From the IMG/VR virus record IMGVR_UViG_3300031992_000081: 64,000 nucleotides of DNA; one strand, given 5' to 3'. Positions 36,294 to 46,423 of this stretch are shown in pieces; the first letter of the stretch is position 1; each line of letters opens with the position of its first letter. The stretch is from an uncultured virus (IMG/VR IMGVR_UViG_3300031992_000081) (Duplodnaviria > Heunggongvirae > Uroviricota > Caudoviricetes). Position numbers and translations under genes: made by a program. Below the pieces are notes generated by a model. That model did not search any database and was not told where the DNA came from. It saw nothing but the letters and a program-made list of their open reading frames with translations.

Positions 36294-37903
36294 TAAAATT
36301 CCACCTCCTCAGCATCAGGATAATCTGAATAAATTGTTCTAATCTCATCAGCAAAATCTTCAACATTAATTGCGCCAACGGTTGACTTTTTAGTTCTAAT
36401 AGCATTCGCTATTCCGGATAAAGTACTTCCATGAATGATATATTGATCTACCGATGGAATCTCGTCAATGTATTTAACTGTTAATTCACCATTATTTAAA
36501 TACTTTGTACCTTCAGAAACAACCTGAATATAATTAAACCAAATGTTATTCAATCCATCTTTTAGATGAATATTCGGTGGAACAACAGTATAACCGGCTA
36601 CTGGATTCAAACGAGGTATGACAAAAGTTATAGTCAAATCAGGATACTTTTCCTTCCACTCAGTTTGTGTCATGTTATTGTATCTGGATTTTGGTAGAAA
36701 TATAATATCGTTATTACCGTTAGTATTGTAATTCCAATATTTAATGCAATTAGATATTCCGTCAGTAACATATGTAACCGGTGAATCCGCTCCTATGATA
36801 TCTCTAACACCACATCCACGCCATCCCGGATAATCCTCAGAATTATTCATGTCAGATATATTAAGCGATAGCATAGCATATTTGTCACTTATATCTCCAG
36901 TTAATAAGTTAATAAAGCCACCATAAATACCGGAATGAAATAATATTGAATGTGAAACAGCATTTGCTTCATGTTGCGTTGCTAACGTGCCTTTTTCTAG
37001 TTGATAACTTTGTATCGGATCGTCTTCCCAAGAAGGATTAGATCCCAATCTGTGAAATTCAATTTGATAAAAGCCATCTTCTTCTATTGAAAAGGTTCCT
37101 GTTTTAGCACTATAAAATGAAGCTTGATGCTGACTTGTCGTGGTTCTATTTACATTATTGACATAAATATAATTAGGAGCCCTATTTCTCTCAATTGAAA
37201 CCGTATATGTCCCTCTTTTCAATAAATTAAAGTATGTAGACTTATTAGTTTCACTACTAGTATTTATACTGGTTGCTAAATTCTTTCCAGAAGACACAAC
37301 ACATATACCTTGAAGCTGCTTAACAGTTCCAATATTTTCATATGGTTCATATGATGTCATCTCAGATCCGGCTTCTATCTGAACATCGTTTATCTTATAT
37401 CCACCATATGAACTAATTCTTATTTTGAAATCAGGACTTGTAGTTGTAACATATACTCTATGCATGCTTCTATCTGAAGTCGGTATTGTTGCAAGTACTT
37501 TTTGAACATCTCCACTAATTGCAGTAAATGTAGTAGTAGTACCACTCACATACTGCACAGACAAATTAAAAGATATGGTTCTAGGAGAGTTTCCAAATTC
37601 ATCGGATGCTTTATACAAATATGAATTTGACGTAAATTCTATATCGAAGGTACTAAATACGTTAACTACAATAGTTGTTGCATTTATTACTTGTACTAAG
37701 TCTGCATGAATGTTGTTTTTGTCTTCTGTTACAATTACCGGATATTTATTTTTACCAAATCCGCCAAGAGCTACATTATCATATCCGTTCATATCTACTT
37801 GAGGTTTAACTTCAATACTTAATTCCTGAGAATCAGAACCTGGTACTGGATTGTTGAATTTAAGCCATTTATCAGTTAAAGCCTTTGTTACATATTCACT
37901 CAT
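36293..37903 (-). CDS. tail fibre / receptor-binding-like protein
   Basis: GKN...QIEAGSEMTSYEPY and QLEKGTLATQHE repeats; C-terminal IANAIR module ending PDAEEVEF. Confidence 0.7.
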   Translation of the reverse strand: MSEYVTKALTDKWLKFNNPVPGSDSQELSIEVKPQVDMNGYDNVALGGFGKNKYPVIVTEDKNNIHADLVQVINATTIVVNVFSTFDIEFTSNSYLYKASDEFGNSPRTISFNLSVQYVSGTTTTFTAISGDVQKVLATIPTSDRSMHRVYVTTTSPDFKIRISSYGGYKINDVQIEAGSEMTSYEPYENIGTVKQLQGICVVSSGKNLATSINTSSETNKSTYFNLLKRGTYTVSIERNRAPNYIYVNNVNRTTTSQHQASFYSAKTGTFSIEEDGFYQIEFHRLGSNPSWEDDPIQSYQLEKGTLATQHEANAVSHSILFHSGIYGGFINLLTGDISDKYAMLSLNISDMNNSEDYPGWRGCGVRDIIGADSPVTYVTDGISNCIKYWNYNTNGNNDIIFLPKSRYNNMTQTEWKEKYPDLTITFVIPRLNPVAGYTVVPPNIHLKDGLNNIWFNYIQVVSEGTKYLNNGELTVKYIDEIPSVDQYIIHGSTLSGIANAIRTKKSTVGAINVEDFADEIRTIYSDYPDAEEVEF

Positions 37904-40125
37904 CAGAATTCCACCTCCTCAGCATCAGGAGCAGAGTCATCAATTGTCATGATATCGGTAATGAAATCGTTAACATTGATGGGACCTACTATTGATGTTT
38001 TCTCTCTAATAGCATCAGCAATATCAGTTAACGTTGATCCGGATATAAGATAACGTCCGTCTGTTTCAATGTATGAGTAATAAGAAACTGTTATGTCACC
38101 TTCCGTTGACCAAAGCGTATTACTGGAATTAGAGGTTAGATGAATCGGTGTGAATGTGAATGGTTCTTCTGCCTGTTCGTCTACTTTATAAATAAGAAAG
38201 GCTCCAATCTCTTGCAAGTACGCTTTAAACTCAGCACTTGTTTTAGACGCAAAAGCTTCTTTTTTAATAAATATTCTATAGCCATGATATGACGTATTAA
38301 AATAGGCATTAATTTGTCCTTCATTAGGACTTGCTTGTACAAACTCGAATGCATCTGAAACTCCTATTCCATAACGAGATATACCGCCCTCAGCTGGATA
38401 CCATAAATCGGTAACAGAATAAGAATAAAAATGTCCTTCGTTTTGATATTTAACCCAAGCTAGCGATCCTAAGTTTACTTTTTTGAACTGACTAATACCA
38501 GTGCCCTTAAATACGTTTACGGTTCCGCCATGAATTTCCCGATTAAGATTTAATATACTAACAGAAGGCTCCGCATATGATTCATATGTAGTAGGAGAAT
38601 CGTTTTCATCAAAAATGTATTCTAATTGAGGATTGTTCCAAGTTAAATAGTCAATATAATATCTCATACGAATATATGCTACATTATCTTCAATATAATA
38701 CTTTCCTTGCTCTAGATTAGAATACGATATGAAATTCATATTTTTGTCGTATTTAAAAATTCTAAGATACTCATTTGCTCCGGAATTTGTATATCCGCTT
38801 AAACAAAGTAAAACATTATTTCCGCCTTTTACCGGAATATAATATTTTGTTCTTTTTAGTGTATTACCAGTCGCATTTCTCCCGGTATTTACATTTATAC
38901 CTCCCAATTCCCACATATCATCCGTAATTGGAGGGAATAAATTTTTATTTGTACTATATATTTTAGTATGTTCATAGCTATAACCATATTTATAATAAGT
39001 TACAGCAGTATCGCCATTAAAACTCCATATACAATTGTTATCTAATTGCGACCTCATAGAGAGTGGCGTAACCGTGAAATCTTCCGGAGTATTTAATGGA
39101 TATACTAAATATTTTCCTTGTAAAGCAGCGGTTAATGCGTCAGCACCAGTATATCGTGTATCGCATATAATAAAACGCCGACTATTACCTGCTAATGCCA
39201 TAACCATATCTGTATAGTCACCTTTTGCAATGTTTCCTGATGGTATAGAAATATAATCTTCTGTATATCCGCTAAAAGCTATACTAGAAGTTCCTTTGAT
39301 ACTGTCGCTAGGCAAATAGCAATCGAAATAATCAGTATACACATCACCTGCTGGATGATACGTCCATTCCAAAGAACCCATATCAATGTAATTATGTGTA
39401 TCTTTACCATTTCCATTTAAAACATCAACTTCACCGCCATGAATTACACGCCCTAAATTAATTACGCTAGACAAAAATTCAGTTGACTTATAAAATGTAG
39501 GATCATAAAATGTTGATGGTCTAAACATAGGCTTGTATAAAAGATCTACTGTCTGTTCCGCATAAATATAAATTGAGATTTTAAAACCATTGGCATCAGG
39601 ACGAGTTGTCGATTTACACGTATAACCCAACCCAATTTCCTGCGAAGTTTGAACACCAGAGCCATCTTTTGTATATCTTACTATTTGTCTATAAGTAGAG
39701 TTACTTCCATTAGGAGGACATCCTGTTAAAACATAATCGGTATTAAGGGAACGTGTAACAGTCCCTAATACAAATTCTGTATTACTAGTAGCCGTTCCTG
39801 TCACTCTGATAGTTCCATCTGGGTTAACGGTAAGTGTCAATCCATTTTTTACTTGATTTTCTATGTTAAGAATAAGTAAATTGCTATTCATATGATGTAC
39901 ATCTACAGAAGAAATACCATCAAGTGTCGGAGGGACAGTAATGACGCATGATTTAAGTGGTACATTATCTGCACCGTCCGAAAAAGCTACAACAGAACCA
40001 GATGCGTTTCCAGTTTCAATCTTAGGAACGATGTCAACTTCACAGTTCGTAAGTGGCAGGCCGTCTTCAGCATCATCAAATCTGACTACACTTCCGCTTA
40101 CTGTTTTTATAGTGTATTCACTCAT
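37903..40125 (-). CDS. tail fibre / receptor-binding-like protein with nested duplicated module
   Basis: SGSVV.F.D twice, IHGG.V.V twice; C-terminal IADAIR module ending PDAEEVEF. Confidence 0.7.
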   Translation of the reverse strand: MSEYTIKTVSGSVVRFDDAEDGLPLTNCEVDIVPKIETGNASGSVVAFSDGADNVPLKSCVITVPPTLDGISSVDVHHMNSNLLILNIENQVKNGLTLTVNPDGTIRVTGTATSNTEFVLGTVTRSLNTDYVLTGCPPNGSNSTYRQIVRYTKDGSGVQTSQEIGLGYTCKSTTRPDANGFKISIYIYAEQTVDLLYKPMFRPSTFYDPTFYKSTEFLSSVINLGRVIHGGEVDVLNGNGKDTHNYIDMGSLEWTYHPAGDVYTDYFDCYLPSDSIKGTSSIAFSGYTEDYISIPSGNIAKGDYTDMVMALAGNSRRFIICDTRYTGADALTAALQGKYLVYPLNTPEDFTVTPLSMRSQLDNNCIWSFNGDTAVTYYKYGYSYEHTKIYSTNKNLFPPITDDMWELGGINVNTGRNATGNTLKRTKYYIPVKGGNNVLLCLSGYTNSGANEYLRIFKYDKNMNFISYSNLEQGKYYIEDNVAYIRMRYYIDYLTWNNPQLEYIFDENDSPTTYESYAEPSVSILNLNREIHGGTVNVFKGTGISQFKKVNLGSLAWVKYQNEGHFYSYSVTDLWYPAEGGISRYGIGVSDAFEFVQASPNEGQINAYFNTSYHGYRIFIKKEAFASKTSAEFKAYLQEIGAFLIYKVDEQAEEPFTFTPIHLTSNSSNTLWSTEGDITVSYYSYIETDGRYLISGSTLTDIADAIREKTSIVGPINVNDFITDIMTIDDSAPDAEEVEF

Positions 40126-41042
40126 CAGAATGCCCTCCCCTCCGCAATAGGAGCCTTCACTGACTTAAGAATCTTAACGTGAACTTTAGTACCCGTAAGT
40201 AGCAGGGTTTCGAACGTGACTTGTGTACCAGTAACATCAATAGTGTAATCATCTTCATTTAATGCAGCGCCATTAACCTCAATAAATATAACATCATTTA
40301 CAGTATCATAGTCATGAATGTTAATAGTGTCTGTATCTTCTTCGATATCTTCTACAATATTAATTTCCTGCAAAGTCATGCTCACATTAAGATCCTCTGT
40401 AAGATCACGTAAGAAAGCTTCTACTGTAGCTTTAGTTTGATTAAAGTAATCCTGGTACATCTGTGTCCACTGAGTAAACAGATCTTCTGTAGATAATGTC
40501 TGAATCAATGAGGCAATAAAGGGCGTTTCAATACCTCTCAAATCGACAATATCAGCATCCGTTATTTCAATAGCTAATGATTCTACATTAATGTTAGCAA
40601 CTCTCCACTCTCTGATATCACCTTCATTAACAAGTTCCGGAGCAACAGGTTCCTCAGCAGCAGCACCAGGACGATATAATACCTGTCCAATTCTGTTTCC
40701 TCGGTCAATCTGTATAATAATGCTATCAATGCGAGAATATTCTCCCATATTGTCATCGATATCAACAACCTGATCGGCCGTCAGTTCAAGCCACTTTGTC
40801 CAAAAGATTCCTTCACCTTTGGTTACCTTAACCTGTCTTGTTGACCCGGGAATTGATATTACTTTAAAGTCGCTATTCTCAGATCCAGCCTGAGAAGCGA
40901 ATATACCATCAGAAACGATACGCTTATATGGTTTACTCCAGGAATCCGCATCGTAAATTCTGTCATATACGCCAGGAGAAGTCTCAACGGCGTCAAAGAA
41001 ACCACATTGAATATAATCTGGATTTATGGGTGTATCAGCCAT
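40125..41042 (-). CDS. baseplate/minor tail protein
   Basis: GFFDA...YDRIYDA...RIDSII...ITDADIVDLR; position after hub genes. Confidence 0.65.
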   Translation of the reverse strand: MADTPINPDYIQCGFFDAVETSPGVYDRIYDADSWSKPYKRIVSDGIFASQAGSENSDFKVISIPGSTRQVKVTKGEGIFWTKWLELTADQVVDIDDNMGEYSRIDSIIIQIDRGNRIGQVLYRPGAAAEEPVAPELVNEGDIREWRVANINVESLAIEITDADIVDLRGIETPFIASLIQTLSTEDLFTQWTQMYQDYFNQTKATVEAFLRDLTEDLNVSMTLQEINIVEDIEEDTDTINIHDYDTVNDVIFIEVNGAALNEDDYTIDVTGTQVTFETLLLTGTKVHVKILKSVKAPIAEGRAF

Positions 41043-41060
41043 GTATTATTCCTCCTTTTA

Positions 41061-42263
41061 TTATGGTATTGCCTGAATATAATCAGCGTAACGAGACCAA
41101 TTCTCGTCTGATTTGTACAAATTTACACTTTCTTCTGGTACATAGATATTTGGGAATAGACATTCAGCAGTAGTCGTACCAACTACATTAACGCTATAAA
41201 AATATCCAGTAAGAGTAGGCGGAGTTACTGCTTTAATATACATATCTATCCACGCACCATATATGCTATGTCCATACGTTGGATCGGTTCCTCTAGGACC
41301 AAGGTCACTGGTTGTTAAGAAAATATTTCTATCTATACTTGTAAGATTTGGCCCAAATATAATAGTTGCATGATGATCCGCATCCGCGTTAAATTCGTTA
41401 CGGTCAAATGCCTGTACCCCGATTGTTTCTATCGCTTCTAATTCAATGTAATGAAAACTAAAGTGATAATTAGACATGTAAGATCTAAAAGCGGTATCAC
41501 CAATAGACGTGCATTTTGGAAGAATTAAATTATAATAATTTCCACCTTCCGGTAAAAAAGTAATAGAACCTGATTCAAAAAATGCACCTGTACCAATTGT
41601 CTCGACATTAGGTATATTCATTACGAATTTACCATCTAAGTCATGAATAGATCGAAAGGCATTACTATCTATCGTTTTAAGAGCTGGAAGATCCACAATC
41701 GTATTTGCTACCCAATCATCCGTATCAGCAAATGAATACTCCCATGCTCTCTCGAGCTTAGGCATACTGAGTTCCCTAATACTGGAGCCCTTAAAAGCGT
41801 ACTCATATACATTCTCGCACTCAGGCATGATTACTCGTCTTAGCAGATTGTTATTCTCAAATGCATGAGCCTTAACCGACTTAGCCATACTGATTACATC
41901 AAATGCTTCGCCGTTAAGGAACTTATTCCAGTTATCATCACTTATCTTAAACGGATACCATTCGCCATTCATTTTGAAATACGCAGACTCAACGGTTCTG
42001 CCATTAGTCTTAAAGTAAAGGTCACCGTCATTACCAACATCACTAGTCGGGTCGACAGTGTCAAAAATGTTTCTAGGAAACAGTGAAGTGCCAGTTGCAT
42101 CGGCTAGGAATTTATCTCTTAAAGCGCCAACTGTAATACCAACTGTTTGCCTTGTATTTGCATCTACTACATGAGTAGCTACTACCCGATCATCTGTGCT
42201 TATTTCTACATCTAGACTAACAATAGGTAGTTCTTTAGTTTTTATAGTATTGTTTTCTGCCAT
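41061..42263 (-). CDS. BspA-like leucine-rich-repeat virion protein
   Basis: Repeats P..(T/E).I...AF, KAVTPPTL, IYVPEESVNLYKSDENWS; start MAENN after AAGGAGG. Confidence 0.75.
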   Translation of the reverse strand: MAENNTIKTKELPIVSLDVEISTDDRVVATHVVDANTRQTVGITVGALRDKFLADATGTSLFPRNIFDTVDPTSDVGNDGDLYFKTNGRTVESAYFKMNGEWYPFKISDDNWNKFLNGEAFDVISMAKSVKAHAFENNNLLRRVIMPECENVYEYAFKGSSIRELSMPKLERAWEYSFADTDDWVANTIVDLPALKTIDSNAFRSIHDLDGKFVMNIPNVETIGTGAFFESGSITFLPEGGNYYNLILPKCTSIGDTAFRSYMSNYHFSFHYIELEAIETIGVQAFDRNEFNADADHHATIIFGPNLTSIDRNIFLTTSDLGPRGTDPTYGHSIYGAWIDMYIKAVTPPTLTGYFYSVNVVGTTTAECLFPNIYVPEESVNLYKSDENWSRYADYIQAIP

Positions 42264-42274
42264 ACGTTCCTCCT

Positions 42275-42598
42275 TTACAGATTCTGCCATTCTCCACTGT
42301 ATTTAACAAACATGGCAATAACCGTTTTGTTAGTGTCATATTGGAAATACAAGTCACCATCAGCACCAAGGGTTGGATTAGGATCTGCTAATCCGTAAAG
42401 ACGGTTGTTAACAGATCCATCATCCACTAATGTTTTTGCTAAACCCTTAGTAAAGGCTTCATGACGAATACTGTAGGAAGCTTCATCTTCGGTTTTCTTA
42501 ACCCGATAAACAAGCATCACTCGATCATCTGGATTAATAGCACTACCGGAGTTAATAACCGGTAAATCTTTTGTTCTAACACAGTTTTCACCAGCCAT
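42275..42598 (-). CDS. small tail protein, paralog of the 41061..42263 N-terminus
   Basis: MAGENCVRTKDLP...GADGDLYF versus MAENNTIKTKELP...GNDGDLYF. Confidence 0.7.
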   Translation of the reverse strand: MAGENCVRTKDLPVINSGSAINPDDRVMLVYRVKKTEDEASYSIRHEAFTKGLAKTLVDDGSVNNRLYGLADPNPTLGADGDLYFQYDTNKTVIAMFVKYSGEWQNL

Positions 42599-42614
42599 GC
42601 TAAATAGCCTCCTT

Positions 42615-45476
42615 TTACAGTATAATATAATTGCCATCATCCGATAATAAATAAACGGTATCAACAGCATCTGTAGCACAGAATATTGTAACTTCCTGAT
42701 TTTGCATAGAAGATGCCGTACTTAATGATACATCAACATGATAACCTGACGGATCTATTGTCTCTGTCACATCGGTTACCTGTACATCAGACTTAATACC
42801 ATAGTTATTGTAGATTCCGACATAATCCCCTAAAATATAATCTTCCTTGTACTTAACGGTAGCATTAGGATCAATTTCGGCAGAGAATGAAGTGTCTAAT
42901 GTTCCTTCCAAATATACTTTGTAACCTTCTTGTGTCAGCATTACTTCATACAAGGTATTCATCGCATATGCAGTAGGATTTGTCTTGTACCTAACTTCCT
43001 CATTAGCTACATCAGTATCTATGATTTCATTAGAATCTACTTCTGTTGGTGTTTCCTTCTCTGGTGGATCATATATAATATCTACATCAAATATAGCTAT
43101 ATCACAATTTTCAACACAAAAATATGTCATCTTTTGGCCATTTATTTCTTCGTTAGACAAATACCACCTTTTATCTTTATATATGTTTCTCAATTTTGTC
43201 AATTGATCAGCACCAAAACCGGTGTTAGATATAAGCGGTATTTTGAATACTTTCATATTGTAATACCATTTTCTAACTTTGTAATAATAACCAACTCTAA
43301 CTGTAGTATGTTCTACATCAGTATAAATAGCATTCGTTGATTCGCTTAGCTCAATTGTTATCTTTTTAACTTCTATTGTCTCCACATGATCTTTTAGAGT
43401 TCCATCCGAGTTATACTCGCTATATAGCTTGCCATTAACAAAGTCGAGATAACCACCGTAAAATTCGTGACCACTTGCGGTACCATCATCAATCTTAACA
43501 ATAGCACCTAATGCAGCTAATGTACCATGACCGCATACCGCATCCCATTGAGACGGGTCATCAGGCCATACCGTTTTCTGGAATTCGATAGCAGCAGCTG
43601 CCGTATTAGGTCCAAAGATACCATCAGCTCCTGTACTACCGCATGAGAAACCTCGTTCGATGAGTCTTCTCTGCATCTCTCGAACATCTTCACCACGATC
43701 TCCTTGTCTAAGTACTTGGTATACTTCCCAAGTATCATCGTAAACACCGCCACGGCATACTGCACCAAGAGCAGTAAGAGTTCCTTGACCGCAAATGCCA
43801 TCCCATTGAGATGGATCATCAGGCCATACTGTTTTCTGGAACGAAATAGCCCCCTCTTCAGTACGAGGACCAAAGATACCATCATCTGCTCTAGGACCAC
43901 AAGAATGACCTCTTGCGATTAACCTTCTTTGCATCTCGGCTACATCATCGCCTCGATCACCACGACTTAATACACGACGAACAACCCAAGCATCTTCTTC
44001 CAATTCCGGATCATCTCTATGCTCAAGATCTATCGTATATGTATGAGTGGTTTTAACACCGTCATCTATCTTAACTACGGCGCCAAGTGACCCTAATGTT
44101 CCTCGGCCACAAACACCATCCCATTGTGTTGGGTCGTCAGGCCATAATGACTGTTGATATTGTACTACAGCAGCCAATGTAAGATCACCATAAACGCCAT
44201 CTGCTCCCGGGTTGCCACAAGAATAACCTTTCTCTATAAGCCTGCGCTGCATTTCGGCTACATCATCGCCTCGGTCACCTTTGTAAATAATTCGTGTTAC
44301 AATCCACTCACTAGTATCTGGATTTTGTTCATCAGCGTAATTGCTGTCATGAGTAATCGTTACACTAGTATATGGCTCTTGGCGATAAGGGAATACTATT
44401 TCTCCTGTGGCTAAACTATTTGCGTCATAAGCATCTACAATCTTAGCTACCTCGCCAGAATCGTTTTGCAATGAATCACTTTTAAATGTTTCTTTTCTCG
44501 TTGTTCCACCAATGTTTTCATCTTTCTCAATGTCATGAACATTCTGTATTGGAGGATACTGTTTGAGAAAGTCATGCCATGGGATATTCCTTGACAACGA
44601 CGTTTTATCCAAATATGATTCATTACGATCTAATCCGGAAGCTAAACTACCGACTTCGATTTGTCTATTGTATCCGGTGTCTTTATCCACAGCTCCATTT
44701 ACAAATATAACATTTGATCCGGTTATGTATTCAGATGTAAAATTAGTATTTATGATATTGTCGAATTTCTTGTTAAATATAACATATGAAGAACGATTTG
44801 ATGGGCGATATACCTTTAATTTCAAAAGTGGAATGACACCGTCTTCAAATCGATAATCAGGCCATCGTTCAAGAGTCATTCGCATACCATAGCGCCAGTT
44901 ATTTAATATTGTTTCTATCAAATCCCCAACAGCATCATGATCGTATCCGAGTGTTAATTTTTCATCACCAGCATCGCCAACCCAAACAGTTTGAAGCATA
45001 TATTGGCCATCTGGTGCTATTAAATTTCGTTCTTTCTTCGAAGAAGCTTGAAAATTTTCTCTTATTAATGTATCTACATAACTTGTAACTGTACCCGAGT
45101 ATACTCCCTTTTTCCAAACAATTCTCTTATTGAGAATCTTTTTAGTAATATCTTCGGCTTTAATATAATACACGTCACCAGTTTCAGTTTCTCTGGTTTC
45201 TGTATATGTTATGACCGTAACCATTTCATCATCGGTTCTAATAATATAATGATTTCTAGTAAAGATAGAACGTTTTCCATCATCTTTATTCTTAGGATCA
45301 ATCTGATCGTTTGCTATATATTCGAGATCATAACCAGTGGTCAATGGTATTTCAATCTCAACTTCACCATCACCTAGCATATTTGGATGCCAGCTTAAGG
45401 ATAAGTAATAGTCTACAACGGCTATTAATCTAAATTTTTCATCTAATATGTATAAATCTATAACATGTGAGTTCAT
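42615..45476 (-). CDS. siphovirus tail hub (Gp37/Tal-like) with three inserted peptidoglycan-binding domains
   Basis: Follows Dit; N-terminal LYILD...SLSW, C-terminal YKEDYILGDYV...VTETID; three PGBD repeats at about 43500-44310. Confidence 0.75.
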   Translation of the reverse strand: MNSHVIDLYILDEKFRLIAVVDYYLSLSWHPNMLGDGEVEIEIPLTTGYDLEYIANDQIDPKNKDDGKRSIFTRNHYIIRTDDEMVTVITYTETRETETGDVYYIKAEDITKKILNKRIVWKKGVYSGTVTSYVDTLIRENFQASSKKERNLIAPDGQYMLQTVWVGDAGDEKLTLGYDHDAVGDLIETILNNWRYGMRMTLERWPDYRFEDGVIPLLKLKVYRPSNRSSYVIFNKKFDNIINTNFTSEYITGSNVIFVNGAVDKDTGYNRQIEVGSLASGLDRNESYLDKTSLSRNIPWHDFLKQYPPIQNVHDIEKDENIGGTTRKETFKSDSLQNDSGEVAKIVDAYDANSLATGEIVFPYRQEPYTSVTITHDSNYADEQNPDTSEWIVTRIIYKGDRGDDVAEMQRRLIEKGYSCGNPGADGVYGDLTLAAVVQYQQSLWPDDPTQWDGVCGRGTLGSLGAVVKIDDGVKTTHTYTIDLEHRDDPELEEDAWVVRRVLSRGDRGDDVAEMQRRLIARGHSCGPRADDGIFGPRTEEGAISFQKTVWPDDPSQWDGICGQGTLTALGAVCRGGVYDDTWEVYQVLRQGDRGEDVREMQRRLIERGFSCGSTGADGIFGPNTAAAAIEFQKTVWPDDPSQWDAVCGHGTLAALGAIVKIDDGTASGHEFYGGYLDFVNGKLYSEYNSDGTLKDHVETIEVKKITIELSESTNAIYTDVEHTTVRVGYYYKVRKWYYNMKVFKIPLISNTGFGADQLTKLRNIYKDKRWYLSNEEINGQKMTYFCVENCDIAIFDVDIIYDPPEKETPTEVDSNEIIDTDVANEEVRYKTNPTAYAMNTLYEVMLTQEGYKVYLEGTLDTSFSAEIDPNATVKYKEDYILGDYVGIYNNYGIKSDVQVTDVTETIDPSGYHVDVSLSTASSMQNQEVTIFCATDAVDTVYLLSDDGNYIIL

Positions 45477-45478
45477 AA

Positions 45479-46396
45479 TTAGATCCCCCAGTAAATAGGC
45501 CGATATTCTAATTCAATTTTCGAAAAAGAATGCTCGGTTGTAGTTTGCCCGTTTACCGTTACGACGAATGCATTTTGTCCGGGCTCTAATGAAGACCACG
45601 TAGATTCATATGGTGTATAGCAATTTAGCAGATTTAATACTTTACCATCGCTCTTTTTACATGTTATGCTCTTCTGACCGCTACGTGTATCGATTAGCAA
45701 CGAGTCTCCATTTTCCATAAATGTAGCTCCAGCGGCCTTCAAAAGCATATAGCTATTATCTCGATAATTGGTTATCTTAAACTGATTGATGTTTTTTATG
45801 ATATTAAACTTGAAATGTAAGCCTACACTTTCAGTTCCCATGTTTTCAATAGTAAATTTGTATTCGTTCATAAGGTATCCCATATACCCATTACTTGAAG
45901 CATTATTTGTTAGCGGAAAGTGTGTTCCTGCTTGACCTTGTGACGGCCAGATTAATGTAACTGGATTCACGTCATAGAAAGTAGGATCCATACACACAAT
46001 TGAAACCTGAACAGGGATGCCTTCTACATCTCCTCCACTAAATATTTCAGGTTCGTTTGATTCTACTATACCATTAATATAGCAGGTTCGTTCTGAAGTG
46101 TAAAATATAATTTTTACACTATCTCCAATTCTAAATATTTTTTCGATTTCATGCCGGGCTTCCTCTACGGTATCTTTCCACAATGCAACAAGATCGAAAA
46201 CAATATTTCTGGTAGGTTTGCGGCTTCCGGAATAAATAGAACCCGGTAAGCTAGCGTAATCGGTTGTTTTTAAATCTACCGCTCCCGGTCCTATACCAGA
46301 TATATTTCGAATGAGGAGACCAGATCTCTCCGGCCTCCCCAATTCGATCGTTCTCGTATATCCGGTTCGGGTGATTACTCTAACAGAGCTAATCAT
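45479..46396 (-). CDS. distal tail protein (Dit-like)
   Basis: Directly after the tape measure; ISGIG, RNIV, CMDPTFY, IENMG, LEPGQN. Confidence 0.75.
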   Translation of the reverse strand: MISSVRVITRTGYTRTIELGRPERSGLLIRNISGIGPGAVDLKTTDYASLPGSIYSGSRKPTRNIVFDLVALWKDTVEEARHEIEKIFRIGDSVKIIFYTSERTCYINGIVESNEPEIFSGGDVEGIPVQVSIVCMDPTFYDVNPVTLIWPSQGQAGTHFPLTNNASSNGYMGYLMNEYKFTIENMGTESVGLHFKFNIIKNINQFKITNYRDNSYMLLKAAGATFMENGDSLLIDTRSGQKSITCKKSDGKVLNLLNCYTPYESTWSSLEPGQNAFVVTVNGQTTTEHSFSKIELEYRPIYWGI

Positions 46397-46423
46397 GTAA
46401 CCAAACCTCCTTAAATGATAATA

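Noticed and set aside
35508..42290. Diversity-generating retroelement acting on fibre genes
   Set aside because: No reverse transcriptase and no template/variable repeat pair with adenine-specific differences was seen.
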